Sequence record: NC_003298.1 | Strand: one strand, 5' to 3' | DNA length: 38,208 bases | DNA from: Enterobacteria phage T3 | Part shown: positions 1 to 8,552 of the stretch, in pieces | How positions within the stretch are numbered: position 1 is the first letter of the stretch | Layout: each line of letters begins with the position of its first letter | Made by a program: the position numbers and the translations under genes | The notes under the pieces: model-generated | Seen by the model: the letters and a program-made list of their open reading frames with translations, nothing else | The model's database searches: none | What the model was told of the DNA's origin: nothing

Positions 1-231
1 TCTCATAGTTCAAGAACCCAAAGTACCCCCCCCATAGCCCCTCTTAAAGCCACCCAAAGCTGGCCCTACCCCTAGGGTTTAACCTTCGGTTAACCTTGGG
101 TCTTTCCTCAAGTGGCCTATAGGATAGCCTAAAGTGATGCCTAAAGTCAATACCTAAAGTGATGGCTGCCTATTGGAGACTTAAAGAGTGTCCTAGTGTA
201 CCAGTATGATAGTACATCTCTATGTGTCCCT
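1..231. repeat. Left direct terminal repeat (231 bp), identical to 37978-38208
   Basis: Bases 1-231 are repeated exactly at the right end; contains a C8 run (24-31) and tandem CCTAAAGT-type short repeats (130-165). Confidence 0.95.
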
Positions 232-365
232 ATCTGTTAGCCCCTTAAAGTAAACCCTAAAGCCACCACCTAAAGAGCGACGCTATCTTAAAGACAACCA
301 GACCGATAGACCCACTGTTAACCTGTAGTGCTGCCCTGTAGTTGTCTATAATATCCAACGTTGTC

Positions 366-388
366 TATTTACCCTCACTAAAGGGAAT
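366..388 (+). promoter_or_regulatory. T3-type phage RNAP promoter, left-end (phiOL-like)
   Basis: TATTTACCCTCACTAAAGGGAAT matches the T3 consensus core CCCTCACTAAAGGGA; predicted +1 at 383. Confidence 0.75.
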
Positions 389-442
389 AAGGTGGATACT
401 TAAAGAGGGAATAAAGATTTAATAAAAGATTAGAATTAAGTG

Positions 443-472
443 TTGACTTTAAGTTACCTTTAAGGCTATTAT
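443..472 (+). promoter_or_regulatory. Host sigma70 early promoter (A1-like)
   Basis: TTGACT at 443-448, 18-nt spacer, TATTAT at 467-472. Confidence 0.55.
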
Positions 473-571
473 TCATCTCGTCAACGGGACAACGGCCTTA
501 AAGCCACTCCCTGAGATACCGGAGTCAACCGGATAAGTAGACAGCCTGATAAGTCATACGAAAAACAGGCA

Positions 572-601
572 TTGACAACGCAAGGTAACAAGTAGTAAGA
601 T
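572..601 (+). promoter_or_regulatory. Host sigma70 early promoter (A2-like)
   Basis: TTGACA at 572-577, 18-nt spacer, TAAGAT at 596-601. Confidence 0.6.
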
Positions 602-682
602 GTACCACATAACGTTAACCACCGCTTCGGTGTCTTCTAGGTGACTTAAGCGCACCACGGCACATAAAGTTAAACAAAGTGG

Positions 683-711
683 TTGACAACATGAAGTAAG
701 CACGGTACGAT
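683..711 (+). promoter_or_regulatory. Host sigma70 early promoter (A3-like)
   Basis: TTGACA at 683-688, 17-nt spacer, TACGAT at 706-711; from memory closely resembles the T7 A3 promoter. Confidence 0.7.
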
Positions 712-830
712 GTACCATATGAAACGACAGTGAGGCGGGACACTGAAAGCCGCTAGGGTCTAACGAAACCAGACCGACACGCTCTTTAACAATCTGGATA
801 ATAGCTCTTGAGTGTACCATATAAGCGAAT

Positions 831-868
831 AACTCAAGGTCGCACTGAAAGCGTGGCCTTTATGATAT
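831..868 (+). promoter_or_regulatory. RNase III-type processing hairpin (R0.3-like)
   Basis: AACTCAAGGTC ... TGGCCTTTATGAT, a member of a motif family repeated 7 times in the window. Confidence 0.7.
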
Positions 869-900
869 TCACTTAACGAACTAACATGAGGTAACACCAA

Positions 901-1359
901 ATGATTTTCACTAAAGAGCCTGCGAACGTCTTCTATGTACTGGTTTCCGCTTTCCGTTCTAACCTCTGCGATGAGGTGAATATGAGCAGACACCGCCACA
1001 TGGTAAGCACTTTACGTGCCGCACCGGGTCTTTATGGCTCCGTTGAGTCAACCGATTTGACCGGGTGCTATCGTGAGGCAATCTCAAGCGCACCAACTGA
1101 GGAAAAAACTGTTCGTGTACGCTGCAAGGACAAAGCGCAGGCACTCAATGTTGCACGCCTAGCTTGTAATGAGTGGGAGCAAGATTGCGTACTGGTATAC
1201 AAATCACAGACTCACACGGCTGGTCTGGTGTACGCTAAAGGTATCGACGGGTATAAGGCTGAACGTCTGCCGGGTAGTTTCCAAGAGGTTCCTAAAGGCG
1301 CACCGCTGCAAGGCTGCTTCACTATTGATGAGTTCGGTCGCCGCTGGCAAGTACAATAA
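901..1359 (+). CDS. 0.3: S-adenosylmethionine-degrading enzyme (SAMase / SAM lyase), anti-restriction
   Basis: 152-aa ORF, first gene after the early promoters, GAGGT SD 10 nt upstream; sequence recognised from memory as T3 gp0.3. Confidence 0.9.
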   Translation: MIFTKEPANVFYVLVSAFRSNLCDEVNMSRHRHMVSTLRAAPGLYGSVESTDLTGCYREAISSAPTEEKTVRVRCKDKAQALNVARLACNEWEQDCVLVYKSQTHTAGLVYAKGIDGYKAERLPGSFQEVPKGAPLQGCFTIDEFGRRWQVQ

Positions 1360-1363
1360 GTGT

Positions 1364-1405
1364 TAAACTCAAGGTCATGCACGATGCGTGGCCTTTATGA
1401 TTAAC
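1364..1405 (+). promoter_or_regulatory. RNase III-type processing hairpin (R0.5-like)
   Basis: AAACTCAAGGTC ... GTGGCCTTTATGATTAAC. Confidence 0.7.
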
Positions 1406-1429
1406 ATTCTCTCCATATGAGGTATTGAA

Positions 1430-1627
1430 ATGCTCACAGCACTAATTGCACTGGTCTATCTGTGCATCGCTATGTACTTTATGCGAGACTTCAAGCGCGG
1501 TCTGGTAGTCCATAAGGCAACACTGAGTTACTTTAAGTGGGGATTCATCCCACGGTTTACGGTTCGTGAACGCAATGGACGCTTTAAGGCCAATAAGGTA
1601 GGAGTATTCTACATTGCTACGCACTAA
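1430..1627 (+). CDS. Small early protein, function unknown (0.6-like position)
   Basis: 65-aa ORF with GAGGT SD; hydrophobic N-terminus. Confidence 0.5.
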   Translation: MLTALIALVYLCIAMYFMRDFKRGLVVHKATLSYFKWGFIPRFTVRERNGRFKANKVGVFYIATH

Positions 1628-1795
1628 CTCAAAGCACGTAAAGACCGCACTGTATGCGATGGCGTATGGTGCATCGAAACGCAAGGTCAAACGCATCTTA
1701 ACGAGACACCGCAAGATGACCGCACGACAGGCTGCAAGCGCTGTCAAATGGGCTGAATTTACTCTTTACTCTTACAGATAACAGGACACTGAACG

Positions 1796-2905
1796 ATGAC
1801 TTTCACCGAAGCACAAGCCGCACTCGAAGCTATCCGCAACCTACCGATTGAGCGCCTGAACGAACGCCAGACTATGCTGGTGGCTCTTGCGGCTGCCATC
1901 GTGAACGCTGAGACCCAAGATGGGCAATTGACGCAGGCAGCAGGAAACACGGCGCTAGAACGCATGGACTACTGGCAGACCCTAGCGGCGCGCATGAGGG
2001 ATGTTGGTTTCATCAAGCTAGGTAATGGTCACTTTAGCGCAGCGTATCAGCACGAGATGTTGCCGGGTAAGGTCATCAAGGTAGGCTTTAAGAAAGAGGA
2101 TTCAGGCGCAGCCTATGCAGCATTCTGCCGTATGAATCAAGGGCGCGAAGGTATCCCTACGGTGTACGACATTCAGCGTCATGCAGGCTGTTACACGGTG
2201 GTTCTTGACTATCTGAACCCGCTTAACGATTGGTGCTATGGTGAGAGTGACAAGGTGCGTCACCACTTCAAAGCCGCACGGGAAATCATTGAGGAGGATT
2301 GCTTTGATGCTGCCGAAGAGTACCCAATAAGTGACGGGTTCATTGAGACCTGCAAGGATATCCGTAAGTTCTTCTTAGGGATCGCATCGTTCGATTGTCA
2401 CAGCGGTAACATGATGAAAGACCAAATGGGCCGCTTGATTATCACAGACCCGGTATCGTTCAGCGCAGACGACAAGTTAAAGCCGGGTGAGTTTCACTGT
2501 GACCCGGATGAACTAATAGCCGAGATTGAGGCGCTAAGGGCACAGGAAGCCATTGAGCGCTGTGTCAATCGTAAGGCACGCCGTGACCCTAAAGGAGCCT
2601 TTCAGGTAGCGCGTAAAGCACGCGTCAAGTGGCGCAGAAAGGCCGCTAAGCGTGAGAAGTGCAACGCTAAGGTACTCGCTAGGATGCGCATGGACGCCAA
2701 TCAGAATCGCAGGGATGAGCCTAGGGCGCGTATGGTGTGGGGCGATAAGCACTGGCGCAACGCTTGGATGCACCACAACAACCTAAACTTTGCAGAACTG
2801 GAGCGCCGCGCTGCTGCGGTAATGATGCTGCATGATGAGGTGCGCATTCAGTGGGGCAAACCGTTACACATAGACGCATACCTTGACAAGCGTCTACAAG
2901 GCTGA
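1796..2905 (+). CDS. 0.7: Serine/threonine protein kinase, host transcription shutoff
   Basis: 369-aa ORF at the gene 0.7 position and size of T7-group phages. Confidence 0.85.
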   Translation: MTFTEAQAALEAIRNLPIERLNERQTMLVALAAAIVNAETQDGQLTQAAGNTALERMDYWQTLAARMRDVGFIKLGNGHFSAAYQHEMLPGKVIKVGFKKEDSGAAYAAFCRMNQGREGIPTVYDIQRHAGCYTVVLDYLNPLNDWCYGESDKVRHHFKAAREIIEEDCFDAAEEYPISDGFIETCKDIRKFFLGIASFDCHSGNMMKDQMGRLIITDPVSFSADDKLKPGEFHCDPDELIAEIEALRAQEAIERCVNRKARRDPKGAFQVARKARVKWRRKAAKREKCNAKVLARMRMDANQNRRDEPRARMVWGDKHWRNAWMHHNNLNFAELERRAAAVMMLHDEVRIQWGKPLHIDAYLDKRLQG

Positions 2906-2916
2906 TAGAGTCTTTT

Positions 2917-2950
2917 CTTACAGGTCATCATGAGGTGGCCTGAATAGGAA
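2917..2950 (+). promoter_or_regulatory. Degenerate RNase III-type hairpin upstream of gene 1 (R1-like)
   Basis: ACAGGTCATCATGAGGTGGCCTGAATAGG resembles the AAGGTC ... TGGCCTTTATGA family. Confidence 0.35.
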
Positions 2951-2975
2951 CGATTTATTCACAATGAGGTAAGCA

Positions 2976-5630
2976 ATGAACATCATCGAAAACATCGAAA
3001 AGAATGACTTCTCAGAAATCGAACTGGCTGCTATCCCGTTCAACACACTGGCTGACCACTACGGAAGCGCCTTGGCTAAAGAGCAGTTGGCTTTAGAACA
3101 TGAGTCTTATGAGCTAGGCGAGCGCCGCTTCCTCAAGATGCTTGAGCGTCAAGCGAAAGCTGGTGAGATTGCAGACAACGCAGCCGCTAAGCCGTTACTC
3201 GCTACGCTTCTCCCTAAGTTAACCACACGTATCGTCGAGTGGCTCGAAGAGTACGCATCGAAGAAAGGCCGCAAGCCTAGCGCATACGCACCGCTCCAGT
3301 TACTCAAGCCGGAGGCCTCCGCGTTTATCACCCTGAAAGTTATCCTTGCGTCACTAACCAGTACGAACATGACAACCATTCAGGCCGCTGCTGGTATGCT
3401 GGGGAAAGCCATTGAGGACGAGGCACGATTTGGGCGCATCCGTGACCTAGAAGCGAAGCACTTCAAGAAGCACGTTGAGGAACAGCTTAACAAGCGCCAC
3501 GGGCAAGTCTACAAGAAAGCATTTATGCAGGTGGTCGAGGCCGATATGATTGGTCGAGGTCTGCTTGGTGGCGAGGCGTGGTCTAGCTGGGATAAAGAAA
3601 CCACGATGCACGTAGGGATTCGCCTGATTGAAATGCTGATTGAATCCACGGGTCTGGTGGAATTACAGCGCCACAACGCAGGTAACGCAGGCTCTGACCA
3701 TGAGGCACTGCAACTGGCCCAAGAGTACGTGGACGTATTAGCGAAGCGTGCAGGCGCTCTGGCGGGTATCTCTCCGATGTTCCAGCCGTGTGTCGTACCG
3801 CCGAAACCTTGGGTAGCAATCACAGGGGGCGGCTATTGGGCTAACGGTCGCAGACCTTTGGCACTCGTTCGCACTCACTCTAAGAAGGGCTTGATGCGCT
3901 ACGAAGACGTTTACATGCCAGAAGTCTACAAGGCTGTGAACCTCGCGCAAAACACCGCATGGAAAATCAACAAGAAAGTTCTTGCTGTTGTCAATGAGAT
4001 TGTTAACTGGAAGAATTGCCCGGTAGCAGACATTCCATCGCTGGAGCGCCAAGAGTTACCGCCTAAGCCTGACGACATTGACACCAACGAGGCAGCGCTC
4101 AAGGAGTGGAAGAAAGCCGCTGCTGGTATCTATCGCTTGGACAAGGCACGAGTGTCTCGCCGTATCAGCTTAGAGTTCATGCTGGAGCAGGCCAACAAGT
4201 TCGCAAGTAAGAAAGCAATCTGGTTCCCTTACAACATGGACTGGCGCGGTCGTGTGTACGCTGTGCCGATGTTCAACCCGCAAGGCAACGACATGACGAA
4301 AGGTCTGCTGACCCTTGCTAAAGGCAAGCCAATCGGTGAGGAAGGTTTCTACTGGCTGAAAATCCACGGTGCGAACTGTGCGGGTGTTGATAAGGTTCCA
4401 TTCCCGGAGCGCATCGCGTTCATTGAGAAGCACGTAGACGACATTCTGGCTTGCGCTAAAGACCCAATCAATAACACTTGGTGGGCTGAGCAGGATTCAC
4501 CGTTCTGTTTCCTCGCGTTTTGCTTCGAGTATGCAGGCGTTACGCACCACGGTCTGAGCTACAATTGCTCTCTGCCGCTGGCGTTCGACGGGTCTTGCTC
4601 TGGTATCCAGCACTTCTCCGCGATGCTCCGCGATGAGGTAGGCGGTCGTGCGGTTAACCTGCTGCCAAGCGAAACCGTGCAGGACATTTACGGCATCGTT
4701 GCACAGAAAGTAAACGAGATTCTCAAACAGGATGCAATCAACGGCACGCCTAACGAGATGATTACCGTGACCGACAAGGACACCGGGGAAATCTCAGAGA
4801 AGCTCAAACTTGGAACCTCAACGCTGGCGCAACAGTGGCTGGCATATGGTGTAACCCGTAGCGTAACTAAACGTTCGGTCATGACGCTGGCTTACGGTTC
4901 CAAGGAGTTCGGCTTTCGTCAACAGGTATTGGATGACACCATTCAGCCTGCAATTGACAGCGGTAAGGGCTTGATGTTCACCCAACCGAACCAAGCGGCT
5001 GGCTATATGGCTAAGCTGATTTGGGATGCGGTAAGCGTGACCGTAGTTGCAGCGGTTGAGGCGATGAACTGGCTCAAATCTGCCGCTAAGCTGCTGGCTG
5101 CTGAGGTCAAGGACAAGAAGACCAAGGAGATTCTGCGCCACCGTTGCGCGGTTCACTGGACTACGCCGGACGGCTTCCCGGTCTGGCAGGAATACCGCAA
5201 GCCACTCCAGAAGCGTCTCGATATGATTTTCTTAGGGCAATTCCGTCTGCAACCGACGATTAATACCCTCAAGGATTCAGGCATTGACGCACACAAGCAG
5301 GAGTCTGGCATCGCTCCTAACTTTGTTCACTCACAGGACGGTAGCCACCTCCGCATGACAGTCGTTTATGCTCACGAGAAGTATGGCATTGAGTCCTTTG
5401 CGCTCATCCATGACAGCTTTGGGACTATCCCGGCAGACGCTGGTAAGCTCTTTAAGGCTGTGCGTGAAACGATGGTTATCACCTATGAGAACAACGATGT
5501 GCTGGCAGACTTCTACTCTCAGTTTGCCGACCAGCTACACGAGACCCAACTGGACAAGATGCCTCCGCTTCCGAAGAAAGGAAACCTGAACCTGCAAGAC
5601 ATTCTCAAGTCTGACTTTGCCTTTGCATAA
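2976..5630 (+). CDS. 1: Single-subunit DNA-dependent RNA polymerase, T3 specificity
   Basis: 884-aa ORF; specificity-loop segment KRLDMIFLGQFRLQ has Asp (codon 5220-5222) where T7 RNAP has Asn748; T7 numbering anchored by counting R746/R756/Q758 in the remembered T7 sequence. Confidence 0.97.
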   Translation: MNIIENIEKNDFSEIELAAIPFNTLADHYGSALAKEQLALEHESYELGERRFLKMLERQAKAGEIADNAAAKPLLATLLPKLTTRIVEWLEEYASKKGRKPSAYAPLQLLKPEASAFITLKVILASLTSTNMTTIQAAAGMLGKAIEDEARFGRIRDLEAKHFKKHVEEQLNKRHGQVYKKAFMQVVEADMIGRGLLGGEAWSSWDKETTMHVGIRLIEMLIESTGLVELQRHNAGNAGSDHEALQLAQEYVDVLAKRAGALAGISPMFQPCVVPPKPWVAITGGGYWANGRRPLALVRTHSKKGLMRYEDVYMPEVYKAVNLAQNTAWKINKKVLAVVNEIVNWKNCPVADIPSLERQELPPKPDDIDTNEAALKEWKKAAAGIYRLDKARVSRRISLEFMLEQANKFASKKAIWFPYNMDWRGRVYAVPMFNPQGNDMTKGLLTLAKGKPIGEEGFYWLKIHGANCAGVDKVPFPERIAFIEKHVDDILACAKDPINNTWWAEQDSPFCFLAFCFEYAGVTHHGLSYNCSLPLAFDGSCSGIQHFSAMLRDEVGGRAVNLLPSETVQDIYGIVAQKVNEILKQDAINGTPNEMITVTDKDTGEISEKLKLGTSTLAQQWLAYGVTRSVTKRSVMTLAYGSKEFGFRQQVLDDTIQPAIDSGKGLMFTQPNQAAGYMAKLIWDAVSVTVVAAVEAMNWLKSAAKLLAAEVKDKKTKEILRHRCAVHWTTPDGFPVWQEYRKPLQKRLDMIFLGQFRLQPTINTLKDSGIDAHKQESGIAPNFVHSQDGSHLRMTVVYAHEKYGIESFALIHDSFGTIPADAGKLFKAVRETMVITYENNDVLADFYSQFADQLHETQLDKMPPLPKKGNLNLQDILKSDFAFA

Positions 5631-5641
5631 CAAGCACTTAG

Positions 5642-5664
5642 CATTAACCCTCACTAACGGGAGA
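5642..5664 (+). promoter_or_regulatory. T3-type promoter, class II (phi1.05)
   Basis: CATTAACCCTCACTAACGGGAGA; C at -1. Confidence 0.85.
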
Positions 5665-5716
5665 CTACTTAAGGTCTCCCACTTTAAGACACTTTAGGTA
5701 CTAAGAGATTAAATTT

Positions 5717-5989
5717 ATGATTAACATTAAGACTTTCTTTAAGAACATCTTTAAGTTAAACCGTTTGACTTCCATTAAGTTCTACGCTTGGATGCCCGGT
5801 AGTGATGACCTCCGCAAGACTGAATTTAAGTTAGGCTTAGGGCCGTGCGGTAAGGTGGTCACGAAGTTGGAATGTTACTCAACGTCCTCCGGGATGGTCA
5901 TCTTCCAGACCACTGAGGACAACGAAATGAAATCCTTCTACTACCCGAAAGGTTCAACGTGTGGTCGTATCGAACGGACATACAGTTAA
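5717..5989 (+). CDS. Hypothetical protein (1.05-like) lying in an AT-rich region
   Basis: 90-aa ORF between two T3 promoters; weak SD; AT-rich DNA. Confidence 0.4.
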   Translation: MINIKTFFKNIFKLNRLTSIKFYAWMPGSDDLRKTEFKLGLGPCGKVVTKLECYSTSSGMVIFQTTEDNEMKSFYYPKGSTCGRIERTYS

Positions 5990-6006
5990 CCCTCACTAAC
6001 GGGAGA
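5984..6006 (+). promoter_or_regulatory. T3-type promoter, class II (phi1.1)
   Basis: AGTTAACCCTCACTAACGGGAGA. Confidence 0.85.
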
Positions 6007-6008
6007 GT

Positions 6009-6048
6009 TAAACTTAAGGTCATCACCAACGGTGGCCTTTGTGATTAA
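6009..6048 (+). promoter_or_regulatory. RNase III-type processing hairpin (R1.1-like)
   Basis: AAACTTAAGGTC ... GTGGCCTTTGTGATTAAC. Confidence 0.7.
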
Positions 6049-6081
6049 CTTTCAATACACATCAACATGAGGTAAGATACT

Positions 6082-6222
6082 ATGCGTACCAACTTTGAGA
6101 AATTTACCAAGCGCGATTCAGTGGTCAACGAGCAGGGCGAACAGTGGCAAGAGCGCCGTGACCGCATGAAGAAACGCCACAAGCAACAGCGCGGTAACTC
6201 ACAGAAACGGGAGTGGAACTGA
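6082..6222 (+). CDS. 1.1: Small basic protein gp1.1
   Basis: 46-aa ORF MRTNFEKFTKRD..., below the 60-aa cutoff of the ORF track; resembles T7 gp1.1 from memory. Confidence 0.7.
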   Translation: MRTNFEKFTKRDSVVNEQGEQWQERRDRMKKRHKQQRGNSQKREWN

Positions 6223-6500
6223 TGATGATGGGACGTATTTATAGCGGCAACCTGAACGATTACAAAGATGCGGTAGCGCGTCTACAGGAAGACCATGATG
6301 TGACCGTGAAGATGGAGTCATTCAGCTACGAAAACCCAGCGAAGATGTGCAGGTCATGCGGTGAGGTTCTCAGTGTGTTCACACGCTCCGGGCATCTGGT
6401 GGCATCCAGAACCTTCGAGCATAGCGACAGCGATGTACAAATCAACGCGCAGACTGCATGGCTCCGTAAGGTTCACAGCGAATTGAAACACTGGAAGTAA
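6222..6500 (+). CDS. 1.2: Inhibitor of host dGTP triphosphohydrolase (gp1.2)
   Basis: Homologous to T7 gp1.2 (MGRxYSGNL ... WLxxxxxxLKxWK); start is ambiguous among ATGs at 6222, 6225 and 6228; the ORF track extends it to a GTG at 6213. Confidence 0.8.
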   Translation: MMMGRIYSGNLNDYKDAVARLQEDHDVTVKMESFSYENPAKMCRSCGEVLSVFTRSGHLVASRTFEHSDSDVQINAQTAWLRKVHSELKHWK

Positions 6501-6521
6501 TAACCCTCACTAACAGGAGAA
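6499..6521 (+). promoter_or_regulatory. T3-type promoter, class II (phi1.3)
   Basis: AATAACCCTCACTAACAGGAGAA. Confidence 0.8.
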
Positions 6522-6522
6522 T

Positions 6523-6558
6523 CCTTAAGGTCACTTTAACGAGTGGCCTTCGTGATTC
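6523..6558 (+). promoter_or_regulatory. RNase III-type processing hairpin (R1.3-like)
   Basis: CCTTAAGGTC ... GTGGCCTTCGTGATT. Confidence 0.65.
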
Positions 6559-6594
6559 GAACTGATTAACTTTCAAACAATGAGGAACAACCGT

Positions 6595-7635
6595 ATGAAC
6601 ATCTTCAATACCAACCCATTCAAAGCTGTGTCATTCGTAGAGTCTGCCGTTAAGAAAGCGCTGGAGACCTCCGGCTATCTTATAGCGGATTGTAAATATG
6701 ATGGCGTGCGCGGTAACATTGTGGTTGATAACGTGGCTGAGGCTGCGTGGCTGTCCCGTGTGTCCAAGTTTATCCCGGCGCTGGAACACCTGAACGGTTT
6801 CGATAAGCGCTGGCAACAACTGCTGAACGATGACCGATGCATCTTCCCGGATGGCTTCATGCTGGATGGCGAACTGATGGTCAAAGGTGTAGACTTCAAC
6901 ACCGGGTCTGGCCTGCTGCGTACCAAGTGGGTGAAGCGTGACAACATGGGGTTCCACCTTACGAACGTCCCAACTAAGCTGACCCCGAAAGGCCGCGAAG
7001 TTATCGACGGTAAGTTTGAGTTCCACCTTGACCCGAAGCGCCTGAGCGTGCGACTCTACGCTGTCATGCCGATTCACATTGCGGAGTCTGGCGAGGACTA
7101 CGATGTACAGAACCTGCTGATGCCGTATCATGTGGAAGCCATGCGCTCTCTTCTGGTTGAATACTTCCCGGAAATCGAGTGGCTTATCGCTGAGACCTAC
7201 GAGGTCTACGATATGGATTCGCTGACTGAACTGTACGAAGAGAAGCGTGCCGAAGGTCACGAGGGTCTCATTGTGAAAGACCCGCAAGGCATCTACAAGC
7301 GAGGCAAGAAGTCTGGCTGGTGGAAGCTCAAGCCTGAGTGTGAAGCTGACGGTATCATTCAGGGTGTCAATTGGGGAACCGAAGGGTTAGCCAACGAGGG
7401 TAAAGTGATAGGCTTTAGTGTGCTTCTTGAGACTGGTCGTTTAGTAGACGCCAACAACATCTCTCGCGCATTGATGGACGAGTTCACATCCAACGTTAAA
7501 GCCCACGGTGAAGACTTCTACAATGGTTGGGCCTGTCAGGTCAACTACATGGAAGCGACCCCGGACGGCTCCCTGCGACACCCTAGCTTCGAGAAGTTCC
7601 GAGGAACTGAGGACAACCCTCAAGAGAAAATGTAA
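6595..7635 (+). CDS. 1.3: ATP-dependent DNA ligase
   Basis: 346 aa from the ATG at 6595 (SD TGAGG at 6581-6585); adenylation motif KYDGVR. Confidence 0.93.
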   Translation: MNIFNTNPFKAVSFVESAVKKALETSGYLIADCKYDGVRGNIVVDNVAEAAWLSRVSKFIPALEHLNGFDKRWQQLLNDDRCIFPDGFMLDGELMVKGVDFNTGSGLLRTKWVKRDNMGFHLTNVPTKLTPKGREVIDGKFEFHLDPKRLSVRLYAVMPIHIAESGEDYDVQNLLMPYHVEAMRSLLVEYFPEIEWLIAETYEVYDMDSLTELYEEKRAEGHEGLIVKDPQGIYKRGKKSGWWKLKPECEADGIIQGVNWGTEGLANEGKVIGFSVLLETGRLVDANNISRALMDEFTSNVKAHGEDFYNGWACQVNYMEATPDGSLRHPSFEKFRGTEDNPQEKM

Positions 7636-7645
7636 CCAACTCACT

Positions 7646-7677
7646 GGCTCACCTTCACGGGTGGGCCTTTCTTCGTT
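7646..7677 (+). terminator. Early-region terminator for host RNAP (TE-like)
   Basis: Hairpin GGCTCACC-TTCACG-GGTGGGCC followed by T-rich tract TTTCTTCGTT, immediately after the ligase gene. Confidence 0.6.
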
Positions 7678-7682
7678 CCGGG

Positions 7683-7705
7683 CATTAACCCTCACTAACA
7701 GGAGA
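7683..7705 (+). promoter_or_regulatory. T3-type promoter, class II (phi1.5)
   Basis: CATTAACCCTCACTAACAGGAGA. Confidence 0.8.
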
Positions 7706-7713
7706 CACACACC

Positions 7714-7791
7714 ATGTGGCTTATCCTATTCGCTATCGTCGCAACGCTGGGATTAATGGTTGCCGACGACAACATTTGGCCTGATTGTTAA
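7714..7791 (+). CDS. Small hydrophobic peptide (1.5-like)
   Basis: 25-aa ORF MWLILFAIVATLGLMVADDNIWPDC directly downstream of a promoter; not in the ORF track. Confidence 0.35.
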   Translation: MWLILFAIVATLGLMVADDNIWPDC

Positions 7792-7803
7792 GGAGACAAC
7801 ATC

Positions 7804-8061
7804 ATGCGTTTACACTTCAACACATCAAATGGTATCTTTTCGGTTCGCCGTGAAGACCGCTCTACAGCAGTGGCCTCTGAGCGCAACGCCAAGCTGCCGC
7901 TGATTGGTTCGGTCGTCCCATTGTCACCACGTGTTCACCTACTGATCACTCGTGGAGAGTTCATTAAGGCGATGAACAAAGAGCGCCCACATCTGGAAGC
8001 CGTGGTCACTTACTGGCCTCGCATCCGTCTGTTCGTTAAGTTGATTAAGGAGGTGCTGTAA
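7804..8061 (+). CDS. 1.6: gp1.6, function unknown
   Basis: 85-aa ORF with AAGGAG SD. Confidence 0.7.
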   Translation: MRLHFNTSNGIFSVRREDRSTAVASERNAKLPLIGSVVPLSPRVHLLITRGEFIKAMNKERPHLEAVVTYWPRIRLFVKLIKEVL

Positions 8062-8552
8062 TGTTACAACATCATTGGAACAAACCAGACTTAGAGGCTC
8101 GCTTCCCGGTTAACTCTGTTGTGCGATACTCCGGCGGTGGCCTCAAGCGCATCTTAGGGATGAGCGGAGTGGTCACTGGTCACTCACACACGGGTCTAGT
8201 TAAGGTTCGCTTCGGTACTCAATACGCTGAGGTTCTTCCGAACAACCTGATTCCGCTGCCTAAAGCTGACGTTAAGACTCCGAACGTGGAAGCACCGAAG
8301 ACAGAAGTCAAGTCTGACGTAACCCACCCTAACCACTACATGCTGTTCGACAACGTGGAAGCCATTGAGGTTATCGCCCGGTCAATGACAGTCGAGGCGT
8401 TCCGTGGGTACTGCTTAGGGAACATCCTCAAGTATCGCCTGCGTGCTGGCAAGAAGTCCGAACTGGCAACGATGGATAAAGACCTCAAGAAAGCTGCATT
8501 CTATCAGGAACTCTTTGACAAACACCGGGGGCTGTGTTATGACGCTTCGTGA
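8061..8552 (+). CDS. 1.7: gp1.7-like protein (nucleotide kinase family in T7)
   Basis: 163-aa ORF, AAGGAGG SD, TAATG overlap with the upstream stop. Confidence 0.7.
   Translation: MLQHHWNKPDLEARFPVNSVVRYSGGGLKRILGMSGVVTGHSHTGLVKVRFGTQYAEVLPNNLIPLPKADVKTPNVEAPKTEVKSDVTHPNHYMLFDNVEAIEVIARSMTVEAFRGYCLGNILKYRLRAGKKSELATMDKDLKKAAFYQELFDKHRGLCYDAS

Noticed and set aside
1169-1366. 65-aa + strand ORF overlapping the 3' half of gene 0.3 in another frame
   Set aside because: No SD, wholly embedded in a recognised gene, and the product is not protein-like.
6631-7287. 218-aa minus-strand ORF inside the ligase gene, with similar antisense ORFs at 16260-16964, 13889-14560 and 17524-18105
   Set aside because: Same reasoning: antisense to well-supported genes with no expression signals on that strand.
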